A DNA stretch of 64,000 nucleotides from a bacterium (lineage in GTDB: Bacteria; UBA10199; 2-02-FULL-50-16; JAJFLM01). Positions 1-9,074 of the stretch are shown one piece after another. A program made the translations under genes and the position numbers. The notes under the pieces were generated by a model. The model saw only the letters and a list, made by a program, of their open reading frames with translations, was not told the origin of the DNA and did not search any database. The stretch's first letter is position 1. Every line of letters begins with the position of its first letter. The stretch lies in the NCBI GenBank assembly GCA_965216315.1, contig CBDCFN010000015.1:224001-288000 (forward strand), in the 5' to 3' direction.

Positions 1-77
1 GACCCGCCCGACAATGGAGGGAATAGCGACCAACATTCACCCGTTAAAGTCCCAACGAATTTTCCGGAGGGTGGGTG

Positions 78-1067
78 ATGCGACGCTCATTTACCCTCAT
101 CAGCTATGCTTGTCTCGTCTTGCTCGCCGCTTGTCAGGGGAATGAAAAAGCTATGGTCACGGTTGAAGTTCCCGCCGGCTTTGCCGCTGAAAATCTCGTC
201 GAACGCATTGTCTTGCAGGTTACGGCTCCGGACATGACTCCCATCACGGACACGCTGTTACCCCCTTTTACAAGTAACCGAACCTTCAATCTGCAAGTCC
301 CTGTCGGAACGGAACGCTTTTTTACAGTGACAGCCATCCTCTCCACAACGCCCACCGCCGGCTTTATTGGATCCGCGATCAGTGATATTGATAAAGGGCT
401 TCATACGATCCCGGTCACAATGAACTTCGTGAATTTTGCTGAGGACCTCCCGGATGACGGTCTCAACGGCAACCCTATTGATCACCCGGAACTAATGGAT
501 GTTGCTTTCGAGCGCGACAACATCGATGCGCTATGCTCACAAGAAGATGCTGTCTTCATCGACATGCGGCTCGATAGCAACTTCAATAATTTCCCAATTG
601 GTCCACGCTTTATTATCGAATTTGATCACGATGCCGACGCTACAACAGGCAGCCAGAGCTCATTTATTGAACAAACTATTGCTAAAGCAGGTGTGAATCT
701 CCCCACCGCTTTTAGCCAAGGGACCGAACGTTTTATTCTTATCGATGCCGACAACCGTTCTCCTAATGGCATCGCACGACTTGAACTTCATGAAATATTT
801 GAAGACAACTCGATAACTCTCCTATTGATTGGACCCCAACGGCCGCTCTTTGAAGCAGGTTATGATTCAACTCTCCAAATTCTTACGCTCTGTATCGCGG
901 AATCCTTATTCAATGAGCTCAAAGCGGGCATCGATGATGATGGCCTTGGCCTTTTTAACGTGTTAACAGGGCATTTGAATGGTACCGGTCAGTTCTTGCC
1001 AAATGATATGGCCTATACCAATGGAGCGATTATTTACGATTTCTCTTTTAGTACGAGCGGACTCTAA
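78..1067 (+). CDS. Hypothetical lipoprotein
   Basis: Signal peptide with lipobox LAAC; GGAGG upstream of ATG78; stop overlaps next start (TAATG). Confidence 0.7.
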   Translation: MRRSFTLISYACLVLLAACQGNEKAMVTVEVPAGFAAENLVERIVLQVTAPDMTPITDTLLPPFTSNRTFNLQVPVGTERFFTVTAILSTTPTAGFIGSAISDIDKGLHTIPVTMNFVNFAEDLPDDGLNGNPIDHPELMDVAFERDNIDALCSQEDAVFIDMRLDSNFNNFPIGPRFIIEFDHDADATTGSQSSFIEQTIAKAGVNLPTAFSQGTERFILIDADNRSPNGIARLELHEIFEDNSITLLLIGPQRPLFEAGYDSTLQILTLCIAESLFNELKAGIDDDGLGLFNVLTGHLNGTGQFLPNDMAYTNGAIIYDFSFSTSGL

Positions 1068-1921
1068 TGGAACTCTATTTTTGGGGCGTAAGAGGCTCCA
1101 TCCCAGCACCCGGCGCCAAGACCCATCGATATGGCGGTAATACCTCCTGCCTTGAAATTAAAAGCGGTCGCCAGCGGCTCATCTTTGATGCGGGCACTGG
1201 GCTGCGGGAACTGGGACATAAAATTCACGTGCGCCCAGGGACTGAACTTCATATTTTTTTGAGTCACTGTCACTTAGACCACATGAGTGGCCTGCCTTTT
1301 TTCCATCCCCTGCACAAACGGGGCGTTACGGTCCATCTATATGGGCCGCACGGCAAACAACGTCCCTTACGTCAAATCATCCAGTCCTTGTTCTCCGAGG
1401 AATTCTATCCGATTCCGTTTAACAAACTCGCCGCCACACTACGCTTCCATTCTTTGCAGAAGTCACAGCGTAAAATAGGGCCCTTTACGATTACAAGCCA
1501 CCCTTTAAACCATCCAGGCTCCACCTTGGGCTACGTCATCGCAACCAGCAACAAACGCGTCGGCTATGTCACCGATCACGAACCTATTGAAGGTTTTAGA
1601 CACGTCAAAGGAATATCTTCACGCCAATATGAAACAAATCTTCACCAATGGCTCACGGGCCTCGATGTCCTCATTCATGACGCCCAGTATTTAGACCGCC
1701 AATACGGACAATACCGCGGTTGGGGTCATTCACCGTGGCACTATGTCATCTCGCTTGCAGAACAGATCGTCGCCAAACAACTGATTCTTTTTCATCATTC
1801 TCCGGATAATAGCGATGCGCTCCTCGAAAAGGAGCTCATCCGTGTGCAGAAGCGTCTAGCGAAACAAAAACACCGGTTGCGTATTTCGCTGGCCAAAGAA
1901 CGAAAGCGATACAAGCTGTGA
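1067..1921 (+). CDS. MBL-fold metallo-hydrolase (RNase Z/phosphodiesterase-like)
   Basis: WGVRGSIP, YGGNTSC, FDAGTG, SHCHLDH, HPG, DAQY, WGHS, LFHH motifs. Confidence 0.9.
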   Translation: MELYFWGVRGSIPAPGAKTHRYGGNTSCLEIKSGRQRLIFDAGTGLRELGHKIHVRPGTELHIFLSHCHLDHMSGLPFFHPLHKRGVTVHLYGPHGKQRPLRQIIQSLFSEEFYPIPFNKLAATLRFHSLQKSQRKIGPFTITSHPLNHPGSTLGYVIATSNKRVGYVTDHEPIEGFRHVKGISSRQYETNLHQWLTGLDVLIHDAQYLDRQYGQYRGWGHSPWHYVISLAEQIVAKQLILFHHSPDNSDALLEKELIRVQKRLAKQKHRLRISLAKERKRYKL

Positions 1922-3810
1922 AACGCCGTTGGATCCATTTCGTCCTCGTCATCGTCCTCCTTTTCGCGCTCTTCCCGATACTCTTTGATTTACCACTGAT
2001 CCATTGGCTTGAGCTCAAGTCGATTGACCAGCGTTTTCATAACCGCGGGCCCATTCCAGCTACCGGTGACGTTGTTGTCGTCGCCATTGATGAAAAAAGC
2101 CTCCACAAAATCGGCCGCTGGCCGTGGTCTCGTGACAAGGTCTCCCAGCTCATTGAAGGTGTTCGCAAGGCCGGGGCGCGCTGGATTGAAATGGATATCG
2201 TTTTTTCAGAGCCATCTCCTCAAGACACGCAACTCGCTCAATCGTTACAAGCAAGTGACAACGTTATTTTAGGTTATTTCTTTTACCAAGATCCGGACGA
2301 GCTTGAATTAGCTGAATTGACTCCTGCGATGATCGAATCAAGCTATCAGTCTATTTTACCAACGGCCCTTCCGGATATCTCCGCTTTAGATCAGGCATTG
2401 ATACCCATGGTGGGCGTCCTCTCCAATACCACAATGCTGGCCCAGGCAACTCGAAGTCGCGGCTTTTTTAACGCCGTACCCGACGAGGACGGCGTCATTC
2501 GTCATTTTCCTCTCATGGTCAGCTATCGCAATCATATTTTCCCCTCACTAGCTCTCGAAACATTCTCCCACCATGAGAGTTTCGATGCGGTGCCGGTAAG
2601 CGATAGAAATGGTGCGTTAGAAGGTTTAAGTATCGGCAAGCGTTTTATTCCCACTGACAGTAAAGGACAGATCTGGATCAACTATCGGGGGGGACGTGAG
2701 CAATTTCAGATCTACTCGGCAGCTGATATTTTAGACGGAAGCGTGGATCCAAAGACACTGCGAGATAGAACGGTCCTCATCGGCGCAACCGCTGTGGGAG
2801 TTTATGATCTGCGCGTCACTCCCATCTCACCTAATTTTCCCGGGGTCCTTATCCAGGCTAATCTGATCGACAATCTATATAAGGGTGATATTTTAATCTC
2901 CAACCCATGGACCAAATTTGCTTCCTTAGTACTGACCTTGATCGTCATTTTTGGGCTCGTTATCATCTTGCCACGCATTCGCATTCTATACGGTTTGGTT
3001 CTCATGGTTGCGCTGGTAGGACTCCACTATATTTTGGTTCAATGGTCATTCGGACAGGGCTATATCCTCGCCCAAATCGTGCCAGCGACCAGTTGGACGC
3101 TTCTCTTTGTCAGTTTGACTCTCTACCGGGGGCTGACCGAAGAAAAGGAAAAGCGACTGATCCGCAAGGCCTTTCAATCCTACCTGCACCCTGACATCGT
3201 CGCTGAGCTAACGAATGACCTGGAGAAATTAAAGCTCGGCGGACAACGTATGGACTGCACCATTCTCTTTGCAGATGTAAGAAACTTTACCGTCATTTCA
3301 GAACGGATGTCTCCAGAGAAGTTAGTCGAACTCATGAATGCTTATTTTGATCCCATTGCAAAAGCAATCATTCAGGCAGGCGGCTACATTGATAAATTTA
3401 TTGGCGATGCCATCATGGTCGTGTTTGGGGCTCCCAAACCCAGTAACAAGCACGCGGTCATGGCCTGCCGAACAGCCCTCGCCATGCAACGGATCGTCAC
3501 AAACTTGGCGCCTTCATTAGAAGAAAAATTCTCAATAGAACATTTTGCCATCGGCATCGGCCTGCATAGCGGACCCGTTATTGTCGGTAATATCGGGACG
3601 AAAGAACGTCTCAACTACACGGTCATGGGCGACACAGTGAATCTGGCCTCAAGGCTGGAAGAAGCTACCAAGGCCCTAGAAGTCAGCATCTGTTTGAGTG
3701 AAACAACTCAGCAACTCATCGCCAACCAGTTGGAAACGCATTATCTCAATGAAATCACCGTCAAAGGGAAACAGGCCCCAATTCGGGTCTATGAACTTAT
3801 CGATGAATAA
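1918..3810 (+). CDS. CHASE2-domain class III adenylate cyclase
   Basis: IDEKSL..GRWPW CHASE2, three TM helices, FADVRNFT / DKFIGDAIM / GDTVNLASRLE; Lys/Thr specificity residues suggest ATP. Confidence 0.92.
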   Translation: MKRRWIHFVLVIVLLFALFPILFDLPLIHWLELKSIDQRFHNRGPIPATGDVVVVAIDEKSLHKIGRWPWSRDKVSQLIEGVRKAGARWIEMDIVFSEPSPQDTQLAQSLQASDNVILGYFFYQDPDELELAELTPAMIESSYQSILPTALPDISALDQALIPMVGVLSNTTMLAQATRSRGFFNAVPDEDGVIRHFPLMVSYRNHIFPSLALETFSHHESFDAVPVSDRNGALEGLSIGKRFIPTDSKGQIWINYRGGREQFQIYSAADILDGSVDPKTLRDRTVLIGATAVGVYDLRVTPISPNFPGVLIQANLIDNLYKGDILISNPWTKFASLVLTLIVIFGLVIILPRIRILYGLVLMVALVGLHYILVQWSFGQGYILAQIVPATSWTLLFVSLTLYRGLTEEKEKRLIRKAFQSYLHPDIVAELTNDLEKLKLGGQRMDCTILFADVRNFTVISERMSPEKLVELMNAYFDPIAKAIIQAGGYIDKFIGDAIMVVFGAPKPSNKHAVMACRTALAMQRIVTNLAPSLEEKFSIEHFAIGIGLHSGPVIVGNIGTKERLNYTVMGDTVNLASRLEEATKALEVSICLSETTQQLIANQLETHYLNEITVKGKQAPIRVYELIDE

Positions 3811-3854
3811 ATAAAAAAGGGCAGAGGTTGCGTAGAACCCCTGCCCTTTTTATT
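3811..3854. terminator. Bidirectional rho-independent terminator
   Basis: ataaaaaagggcag...ctgcccttttt between convergent genes. Confidence 0.85.
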
Positions 3855-3870
3855 CAAACCCTGCTGCTAA

Positions 3871-4959
3871 TTACTTACGACGTCTCAAAATCCCGAGCGT
3901 CCCAAGTCCCAAGGCGAGTAGCGTCGCACCCGCAGTTGAACTTCCCGCTGCCGTGATCAAGGAACAACCCCCCGCGGCATTGAGTGCATCTTCAAGGGAA
4001 CCATCGTCGGCGGCACTGCCTTCATCACCACTCCCGGTCCCATCGTCACTGCCTGCGGTGCCGTCGGAACCACCTGTGACGGGATCGGCACTTTCAGAAC
4101 CTTCTCCGCCGTCACCTTCTCCGCCGTCGTCGCCATCGCCGCCGTCGCCGCCGTCGCCGCCGTCACCACCATCACCGCCGTCGCCGCCGTCACCACCGTC
4201 ACCACCGCCGCAATCGCCGGCACAGTTTTCGGCATCTTCTCCACGCTCGCAAACGCCATTGCCACATTCGACAGATGGATCTTCATCGACGCACGAATTC
4301 GAACAACCGTCTCCGTCGACGTTGTTGCCATCATCGCAAGACTCGGGAACATCGACAACGCCATTGCCGCATGTCGTCGTTCCATCACCATGATTGGTGC
4401 AATCATTGCGGCACATGTCACCATTGTTGGTCACGTTGCCGTCATCGCAACCCTCACCATCATCTAAAAGGCCATCACCGCATTCACCCGCTTCGATCAG
4501 ACAATTTTCATCACAGCCATCTCCATTGTCGGTGCCTCCATCTTCACATTCTTCACCGGCTTGGAGAATACCGTCGCCACATGCTGGAGACCCTTCATTC
4601 GTACAATCGGCAGCACAGCCATCGCCATCCTCATTATTGCCATCATCACATTCTTCTAGATCGGGAGCTTCATTATCGCCCCAGAAATTGGCATCCGGGA
4701 TGGTATCTTCCGCGTTTGTATTGCTATGAGAGTCATGAATTACTCCATCACCACATCTCGCTAGAATACAATTTGACTTACAATCATCATTGTCATTCGC
4801 GTTATAGTCTTCGCAATGCTCGCTGTCACCTTCGCCATTCTCAAGCCCATCGTTGCAGACAGTATTAACCGCTGTGTCAGCGTAGGTTGTTACCGTAAAA
4901 CCCAGCGCGAGCACACAGGCGAAAACTCCCATTAAAGTATATTGAACTAGTCGTGTCAT
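3871..4959 (-). CDS. Secreted Cys-rich repeat (DUF4215/Myxococcus cysteine-rich-like) protein with MYXO-CTERM-like tail
   Basis: Signal peptide; CGDG..E.CDDGN..DGDGC repeats; (GGD)n linker; GGCSL-TM-RRRK; start chosen at MTRLVQ. Confidence 0.85.
   Translation of the reverse strand: MTRLVQYTLMGVFACVLALGFTVTTYADTAVNTVCNDGLENGEGDSEHCEDYNANDNDDCKSNCILARCGDGVIHDSHSNTNAEDTIPDANFWGDNEAPDLEECDDGNNEDGDGCAADCTNEGSPACGDGILQAGEECEDGGTDNGDGCDENCLIEAGECGDGLLDDGEGCDDGNVTNNGDMCRNDCTNHGDGTTTCGNGVVDVPESCDDGNNVDGDGCSNSCVDEDPSVECGNGVCERGEDAENCAGDCGGGDGGDGGDGGDGGDGGDGGDGGDGDDGGEGDGGEGSESADPVTGGSDGTAGSDDGTGSGDEGSAADDGSLEDALNAAGGCSLITAAGSSTAGATLLALGLGTLGILRRRK
4100..4210 (-). repeat. Imperfect 9-bp tandem repeat encoding (Gly-Gly-Asp)n
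   Basis: ccgccgtcg/ccaccgtca units. Confidence 0.85.
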
Positions 4960-5133
4960 ATCCCGACCCCCTATATCTGAACCCATCATATTCATTAAGC
5001 GAAACGCGTTCGTTTCCCTACGGTTTCACTTAAGCCCTGAAATTGTGTATGCGAATTTCCCCGAGATTCCCAAACCAATGTCTATCAATGGACAAAATTC
5101 ACTCCAAAGTCAATGAATTTGGTCTGATTGGGG

Positions 5134-5883
5134 TCACAGGACCCGGAGCATTTTGTGTAGCTGGGGGATGACGCGTACGTCCTGCAAGACCTGTTGGGCC
5201 TCGACCTGCCAGGCCGCCAGTTGCTCTAAAGCCGGCGCCTGCCGGAAGGCAGCGAAATCACTCGCTGGTTGCAGAATGAACGGAATCATAGGATTCGCCG
5301 CGGCCACGAGACGCACGGCTTCGCTCCAATCATCAGCCTTGGTCGCAGCTGAAACCACGACCTTGATATAGAGTTCTTTATCCCGGCCGAGCGTGATAAA
5401 GCGGCGATGCGCTTCCCATTGGGCGGCAACGCCCGTCACCGAGGGCAACTTGAGATCCATGGAGATAATGTTGATCCACGGCAGGAGGCGCGCTAACTCC
5501 TCATAATGAATCCCCGCCGTCTCCAGGAGGATTTGATAACGCCCCTGCAGGGTCGGCAGCCATTCAACGAGAAAATCCGTACTCTCCAGGGGCTCGCCCC
5601 CGGTAATCGACAAGACCTTAACATCGGTAAAGTCGCTCAAAATCTCATTGAGCTGACGGATGCTGACCGGGTTGGGATAGTTCTCAAACTGCTTGGTGAA
5701 GGGGACGCGTTCAACCCGACAGTATTCATTCTGAATAAAAGAGGTCGGTGTATCGCAGTACTGACAACCAATCGAGCAGCCTTGAAAGCGCACAAAGAGA
5801 TGGCGTTCCCCGAGCCGGGTTCCTTCACCTTGGAGGCTGGAAAAAATTTCGATGATGGGAGTTGCTACTGTCATAGTTGGCAT
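5134..5883 (-). CDS. queE: 7-carboxy-7-deazaguanine synthase (radical SAM)
   Basis: EIFSSLQGEG, FVRFQGC-x3-C-x2-CDT, ITGGEP, IPQLHK. Confidence 0.93.
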   Translation of the reverse strand: MPTMTVATPIIEIFSSLQGEGTRLGERHLFVRFQGCSIGCQYCDTPTSFIQNEYCRVERVPFTKQFENYPNPVSIRQLNEILSDFTDVKVLSITGGEPLESTDFLVEWLPTLQGRYQILLETAGIHYEELARLLPWINIISMDLKLPSVTGVAAQWEAHRRFITLGRDKELYIKVVVSAATKADDWSEAVRLVAAANPMIPFILQPASDFAAFRQAPALEQLAAWQVEAQQVLQDVRVIPQLHKMLRVL

Positions 5884-5887
5884 CCAA

Positions 5888-5981
5888 TTAAATCCCTCCT
5901 AGCCTCCCTTTACAAAAGGGAGGGACCTCAAGTGGAAACCGATATCTCCCCCTTTGTAAAGGGGGATCGAGGGGGATTTAA
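5888..5981. repeat. Palindromic element family A, copy 1
   Basis: ttaaatccc...gggatttaa termini with two ccctt-hairpins; homologous inverted copy at 31065-31189. Confidence 0.85.
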
Positions 5982-5982
5982 C

Positions 5983-6525
5983 CTACAACACCGGCCGGAC
6001 CTTAGAAATATCCCGACTGATACTCTCAAATTCCTGTTTAAAATCCGCTAAGACATCCTGCGCAAATGAAATAGGATCAATCTTATAATCCGCTAAGCCT
6101 CTGGTCGGTACGGGCGTCCCTTGCGATGAGATGTTGATCCCGGCATGCAACAAAGTCGAGACCTGAGAGGCCGTCGCTATGGAGACGGTGAGCTTATCAT
6201 CCCCCTCATACAGGTCATTACCGGTTCGTCGCAAAGGCGCTTGAATCCTTTGCTGTATCAGGCTGACCAGCAAGCGCTGCAACAAGATAGTCTGCGGCAA
6301 ATCATTGTTAAAAAACTCGCCGATGAAATGGAGCATCCGCTGACTCGCAATCGGCCGTTGATGGCGGACATCTTCAAGATCGACCATGCGCTCGAGACTG
6401 ACATCACAGGCCCCGACAAAGGCAACGAGGGCGTCCCCTAATTGACCGGTTTTCTCATAGATCCAGTGCGAACGTAATTGGGACCCGTCGTAAGTTATCT
6501 CGTTGTCGATTAATTGGACTCTCAT
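5983..6525 (-). CDS. DUF366-like protein (BPL/LplA-like fold)
   Basis: YDGSQL..HW, MVDLED, MLHFI.E, QRLL, G.DLY, KL.VSIAT, H.GINI motifs; ATG overlaps queC stop (ATGA). Confidence 0.8.
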   Translation of the reverse strand: MRVQLIDNEITYDGSQLRSHWIYEKTGQLGDALVAFVGACDVSLERMVDLEDVRHQRPIASQRMLHFIGEFFNNDLPQTILLQRLLVSLIQQRIQAPLRRTGNDLYEGDDKLTVSIATASQVSTLLHAGINISSQGTPVPTRGLADYKIDPISFAQDVLADFKQEFESISRDISKVRPVL

Positions 6526-7208
6526 GCAAAGCGCTCCTTCATCCGCTCCCAAATCCCCGCTTCTTTATACGCACGGATGGAACGCAGACAAGATTCACAT
6601 TGACTACATTGGATTGAGTCCGCCTCATAACAGCTCCAAACCAAATCGAAAGGAACATCCATTTCGATACCCTGACGCACAATCGTCGCTTTATCCCAGT
6701 CTTGCGTGTAACTGACGACCTGCACTTTGTTAAGAGTCGAATAGCTCAAAAATTGAGTTGCCACCTCGACGAAGGCCGCACTATTATCGGGAAACGTCAC
6801 CGCTTCTTCCGCATTAAAACCTGTCACAACCCACTGGGCATGTCGCTCTTCAGCATGGGCCGCAGCAATATTCAGAAAGATCCCATTGCGATTCGGGATC
6901 CAGACGGCCTGTGCGGATTCCGTCGTTCGCACTTTATCATCGAGCTCATCGTTCGCTAATAACGGCAAGGCACGCTCACGGTTTGTCAGTGCACTCTGGC
7001 CCAACGACGCCAGCCAGGGAAGTTTGATAGCTTGAAAAGGAACCTTCAAGCGTTGCGCAATCTCTCGGGCTGCATTCCGCTCCGGAGTGGCCGCTCGTTG
7101 ACCATAGTCAAAATAGAGGGCGAGGCACGGCGGACTGAACTCACGGGCACGATACGCCGAAACACACGAATCGAGTCCCCCGGAGAGGATAAGCACTGAA
7201 GATGTCAT
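6522..7208 (-). CDS. queC: 7-cyano-7-deazaguanine synthase
   Basis: SGGLDS, FDYGQR, WIPNRN, FPDN, WSCY..C..C.SC. Confidence 0.95.
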   Translation of the reverse strand: MTSSVLILSGGLDSCVSAYRAREFSPPCLALYFDYGQRAATPERNAAREIAQRLKVPFQAIKLPWLASLGQSALTNRERALPLLANDELDDKVRTTESAQAVWIPNRNGIFLNIAAAHAEERHAQWVVTGFNAEEAVTFPDNSAAFVEVATQFLSYSTLNKVQVVSYTQDWDKATIVRQGIEMDVPFDLVWSCYEADSIQCSQCESCLRSIRAYKEAGIWERMKERFA

Positions 7209-7225
7209 GGGGAAAGGCTAAGCTA

Positions 7226-7882
7226 TTATACCGCTTCCGGCAACTGCAGGCTGAGATAATCACGATAGGCATTCATGACCTTAAGGTAGTAGCGCCGAGA
7301 GGGATTCTGGCCCCGCTTGACCTGGCGGCCAACGGCCGTCGGACCCATGTTGTAGGCTGCAAGGACATGGTACCAATTATCCGCCCCAAAGCGTTCCCTT
7401 AAAAAAGAGAGATAACTGACCCCAGCCTCAATATTAGCCGTCGGGTCTTGCAACAGACCCATTGCAGAGCCATAGGGACGGACATCCAGCTCAAGCTCAC
7501 GGAGCACGATCGGCTTGATCTGCATGAGGCCAACGGCGCCCGCGTAAGAAACGACTTCAGGTCGGAACGTGCTCTCTACCTTAATAATAGACAGGACCAT
7601 GAGGGGGTCCATTTGGTTTTTCTTGGCAACATGCAAGACCTGCTCGGCAATGCGCCGCTGTTCCGGTACGGAGATCTGCTGCGACTCCTGCCGAATAATC
7701 TGCTGGACCCGCATCGTGGCCTCATGGCCGTAACGACTCGCCAGTCCCGCTGATCCTACGCCGGTGCGCAGTTCTAAGTTATGGTTAATAATGCCTAATG
7801 CGAGGGAGAGGGCAAACAGGGCCGTCCAGAGGATATTCCAGCGATATAGGGGGTTGATCAGTATTTTTGTCATCGTGACCAT
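7226..7882 (-). CDS. SLT-domain lytic transglycosylase with N-terminal TM helix
   Basis: IKVESTF, GAVGLMQI, NIEAG..YL, LAAYNMG; start uncertain (7906/7882/7873). Confidence 0.88.
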   Translation of the reverse strand: MVTMTKILINPLYRWNILWTALFALSLALGIINHNLELRTGVGSAGLASRYGHEATMRVQQIIRQESQQISVPEQRRIAEQVLHVAKKNQMDPLMVLSIIKVESTFRPEVVSYAGAVGLMQIKPIVLRELELDVRPYGSAMGLLQDPTANIEAGVSYLSFLRERFGADNWYHVLAAYNMGPTAVGRQVKRGQNPSRRYYLKVMNAYRDYLSLQLPEAV

Positions 7883-7888
7883 AGATTG

Positions 7889-7904
7889 TGCAATCCCTAT
7901 GCCC
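7889..7904 (-). promoter_or_regulatory. Candidate sigma-54 promoter
   Basis: gGGCATagggaTTGCA, GG-N10-GC spacing. Confidence 0.4.
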
Positions 7905-8090
7905 ACGGCAAGTAATCCCCCTTAACTAACCGATATCATTAAATTAATAATCTTTATCGACCCACGGACCCCCCTCAAAATCCGCCTCAATCTGACCTCA
8001 ATACCCCCCCAAAGCGATGTCCGCAGTCCCCACACCTACGCAATCCTCTCAGCCCACCTTTAATTAAGGGGTTCCCCTAGAGAGCAACGT

Positions 8091-8171
8091 CAGATGAGGG
8101 ATTGTTAAGGGAGAGCGCGGTATCTCTCCCTTAACTAAAGCCTCCTGGAAGCTGTGCTTTCAGGAGGCGAA
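8091..8171. repeat. Structured two-hairpin element family C, copy 1
   Basis: Homologous to 22094-22171 with compensatory stem changes. Confidence 0.85.
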
Positions 8172-8262
8172 ACGAGTTACCCCGCCTTCCGGTATGCCCT
8201 TAAAAAGGGCTCCAGACAAAGGCGGGGCGAGGGAGGTACTTTTAATGGATGACGCTAACGCG

Positions 8263-8892
8263 TTAAGCGGCCTTCTTATTTATCGTGTTAAGCCGTTTCT
8301 CCAGATTTGAGATCTTCTTCTGGAGCTTAACGAGTTCACCATGCGACGGAATACTCAAGATGCTTAAGACCTGCTCCTTGGTGTTACTCGCGGAAACGCG
8401 GGCCCGTGCAATCCACTCAGTGGCGTTAATGCGATCACGCAAATCTTCCAGATTGCGCTTAGCTTCGCTAATGATGCGATCGCGATTGGCGGCGTTGAAC
8501 GGAATTAATTCAACATCCTTCGCACGATCAACAACGTCCTCGGCCAGACGGCGGATTTCCCGCTCCAGGTCTTCTTTTTTATCCGCAGCAACAGTGTAAA
8601 TGCCATTGGCACGAACCTTTTCTAACAGGTCCTCAACACTGTTCCGAAGCTCACTCGTCGCTTCTTCGGCACGATCGATCACCCGCTTGGCAATCTTTTC
8701 CGCTTCAACCTCGATCTTGTTGATCAGATCCGTCAAAGAATCGAGTTTTGCGATCGAAATTCTTGAATTGCGTTTCGGAGCGCTGCGCTTCTTAGTCGCC
8801 TTGCTTGCCTTCTTGGCAGGACTTTTCTTGGCAGCCGGACGCTTGCGCGTCGTCTTCTTCAAAGTCTTAGTAGCTTTTTTCGTAGTGGCCAT
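8263..8892 (-). CDS. Histone H1-like N-terminus + phasin-like coiled-coil protein
   Basis: K/A/T/P-rich first 40 aa; C-terminal LSIPSHGELVKLQKKISNLEKRL resembles the phasin/PhaF L..PS..E...L...I..L motif. Confidence 0.6.
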   Translation of the reverse strand: MATTKKATKTLKKTTRKRPAAKKSPAKKASKATKKRSAPKRNSRISIAKLDSLTDLINKIEVEAEKIAKRVIDRAEEATSELRNSVEDLLEKVRANGIYTVAADKKEDLEREIRRLAEDVVDRAKDVELIPFNAANRDRIISEAKRNLEDLRDRINATEWIARARVSASNTKEQVLSILSIPSHGELVKLQKKISNLEKRLNTINKKAA

Positions 8893-8965
8893 TCCTAGTA
8901 CCTCCTCTTTAAGATAAATAAACGCGATATGCGCGGTTTAGCCTTTTCCTAACAATCAGGCCCCA

Positions 8966-8994
8966 CAGGTAACACGGCGCGTTAAAGTTGTCAA
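8966..8994 (-). promoter_or_regulatory. Candidate sigma-70 promoter with palindrome in spacer
   Basis: TTGACA-17-TACCTG; taacacggcgcgtta at 8970-8984. Confidence 0.4.
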
Positions 8995-9074
8995 CAGTTT
9001 TTGTGCACCGTGTCATACACTGTTTTGTTTCACGCCACATATTACAACTAACTGAAATTATTAAATATATTAAG

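Noticed and set aside
4100..4210. Possible CRISPR or VNTR array
   Set aside because: Contiguous 9-bp coding repeats with no spacers; no cas genes in the window
3953..4868. Pro/Ser-rich and His-rich plus-strand ORFs
   Set aside because: Antisense shadows of the GGD/Cys-repeat gene
4995..5040. Hairpin upstream of the Cys-repeat gene as a c-di-GMP riboswitch
   Set aside because: Lacks the recognisable two-stem consensus
8178..8230. ccccgcctt...aaggcgggg stem as an ncRNA
   Set aside because: Single copy right after a stop codon; more simply a 3' stabilising or terminator structure
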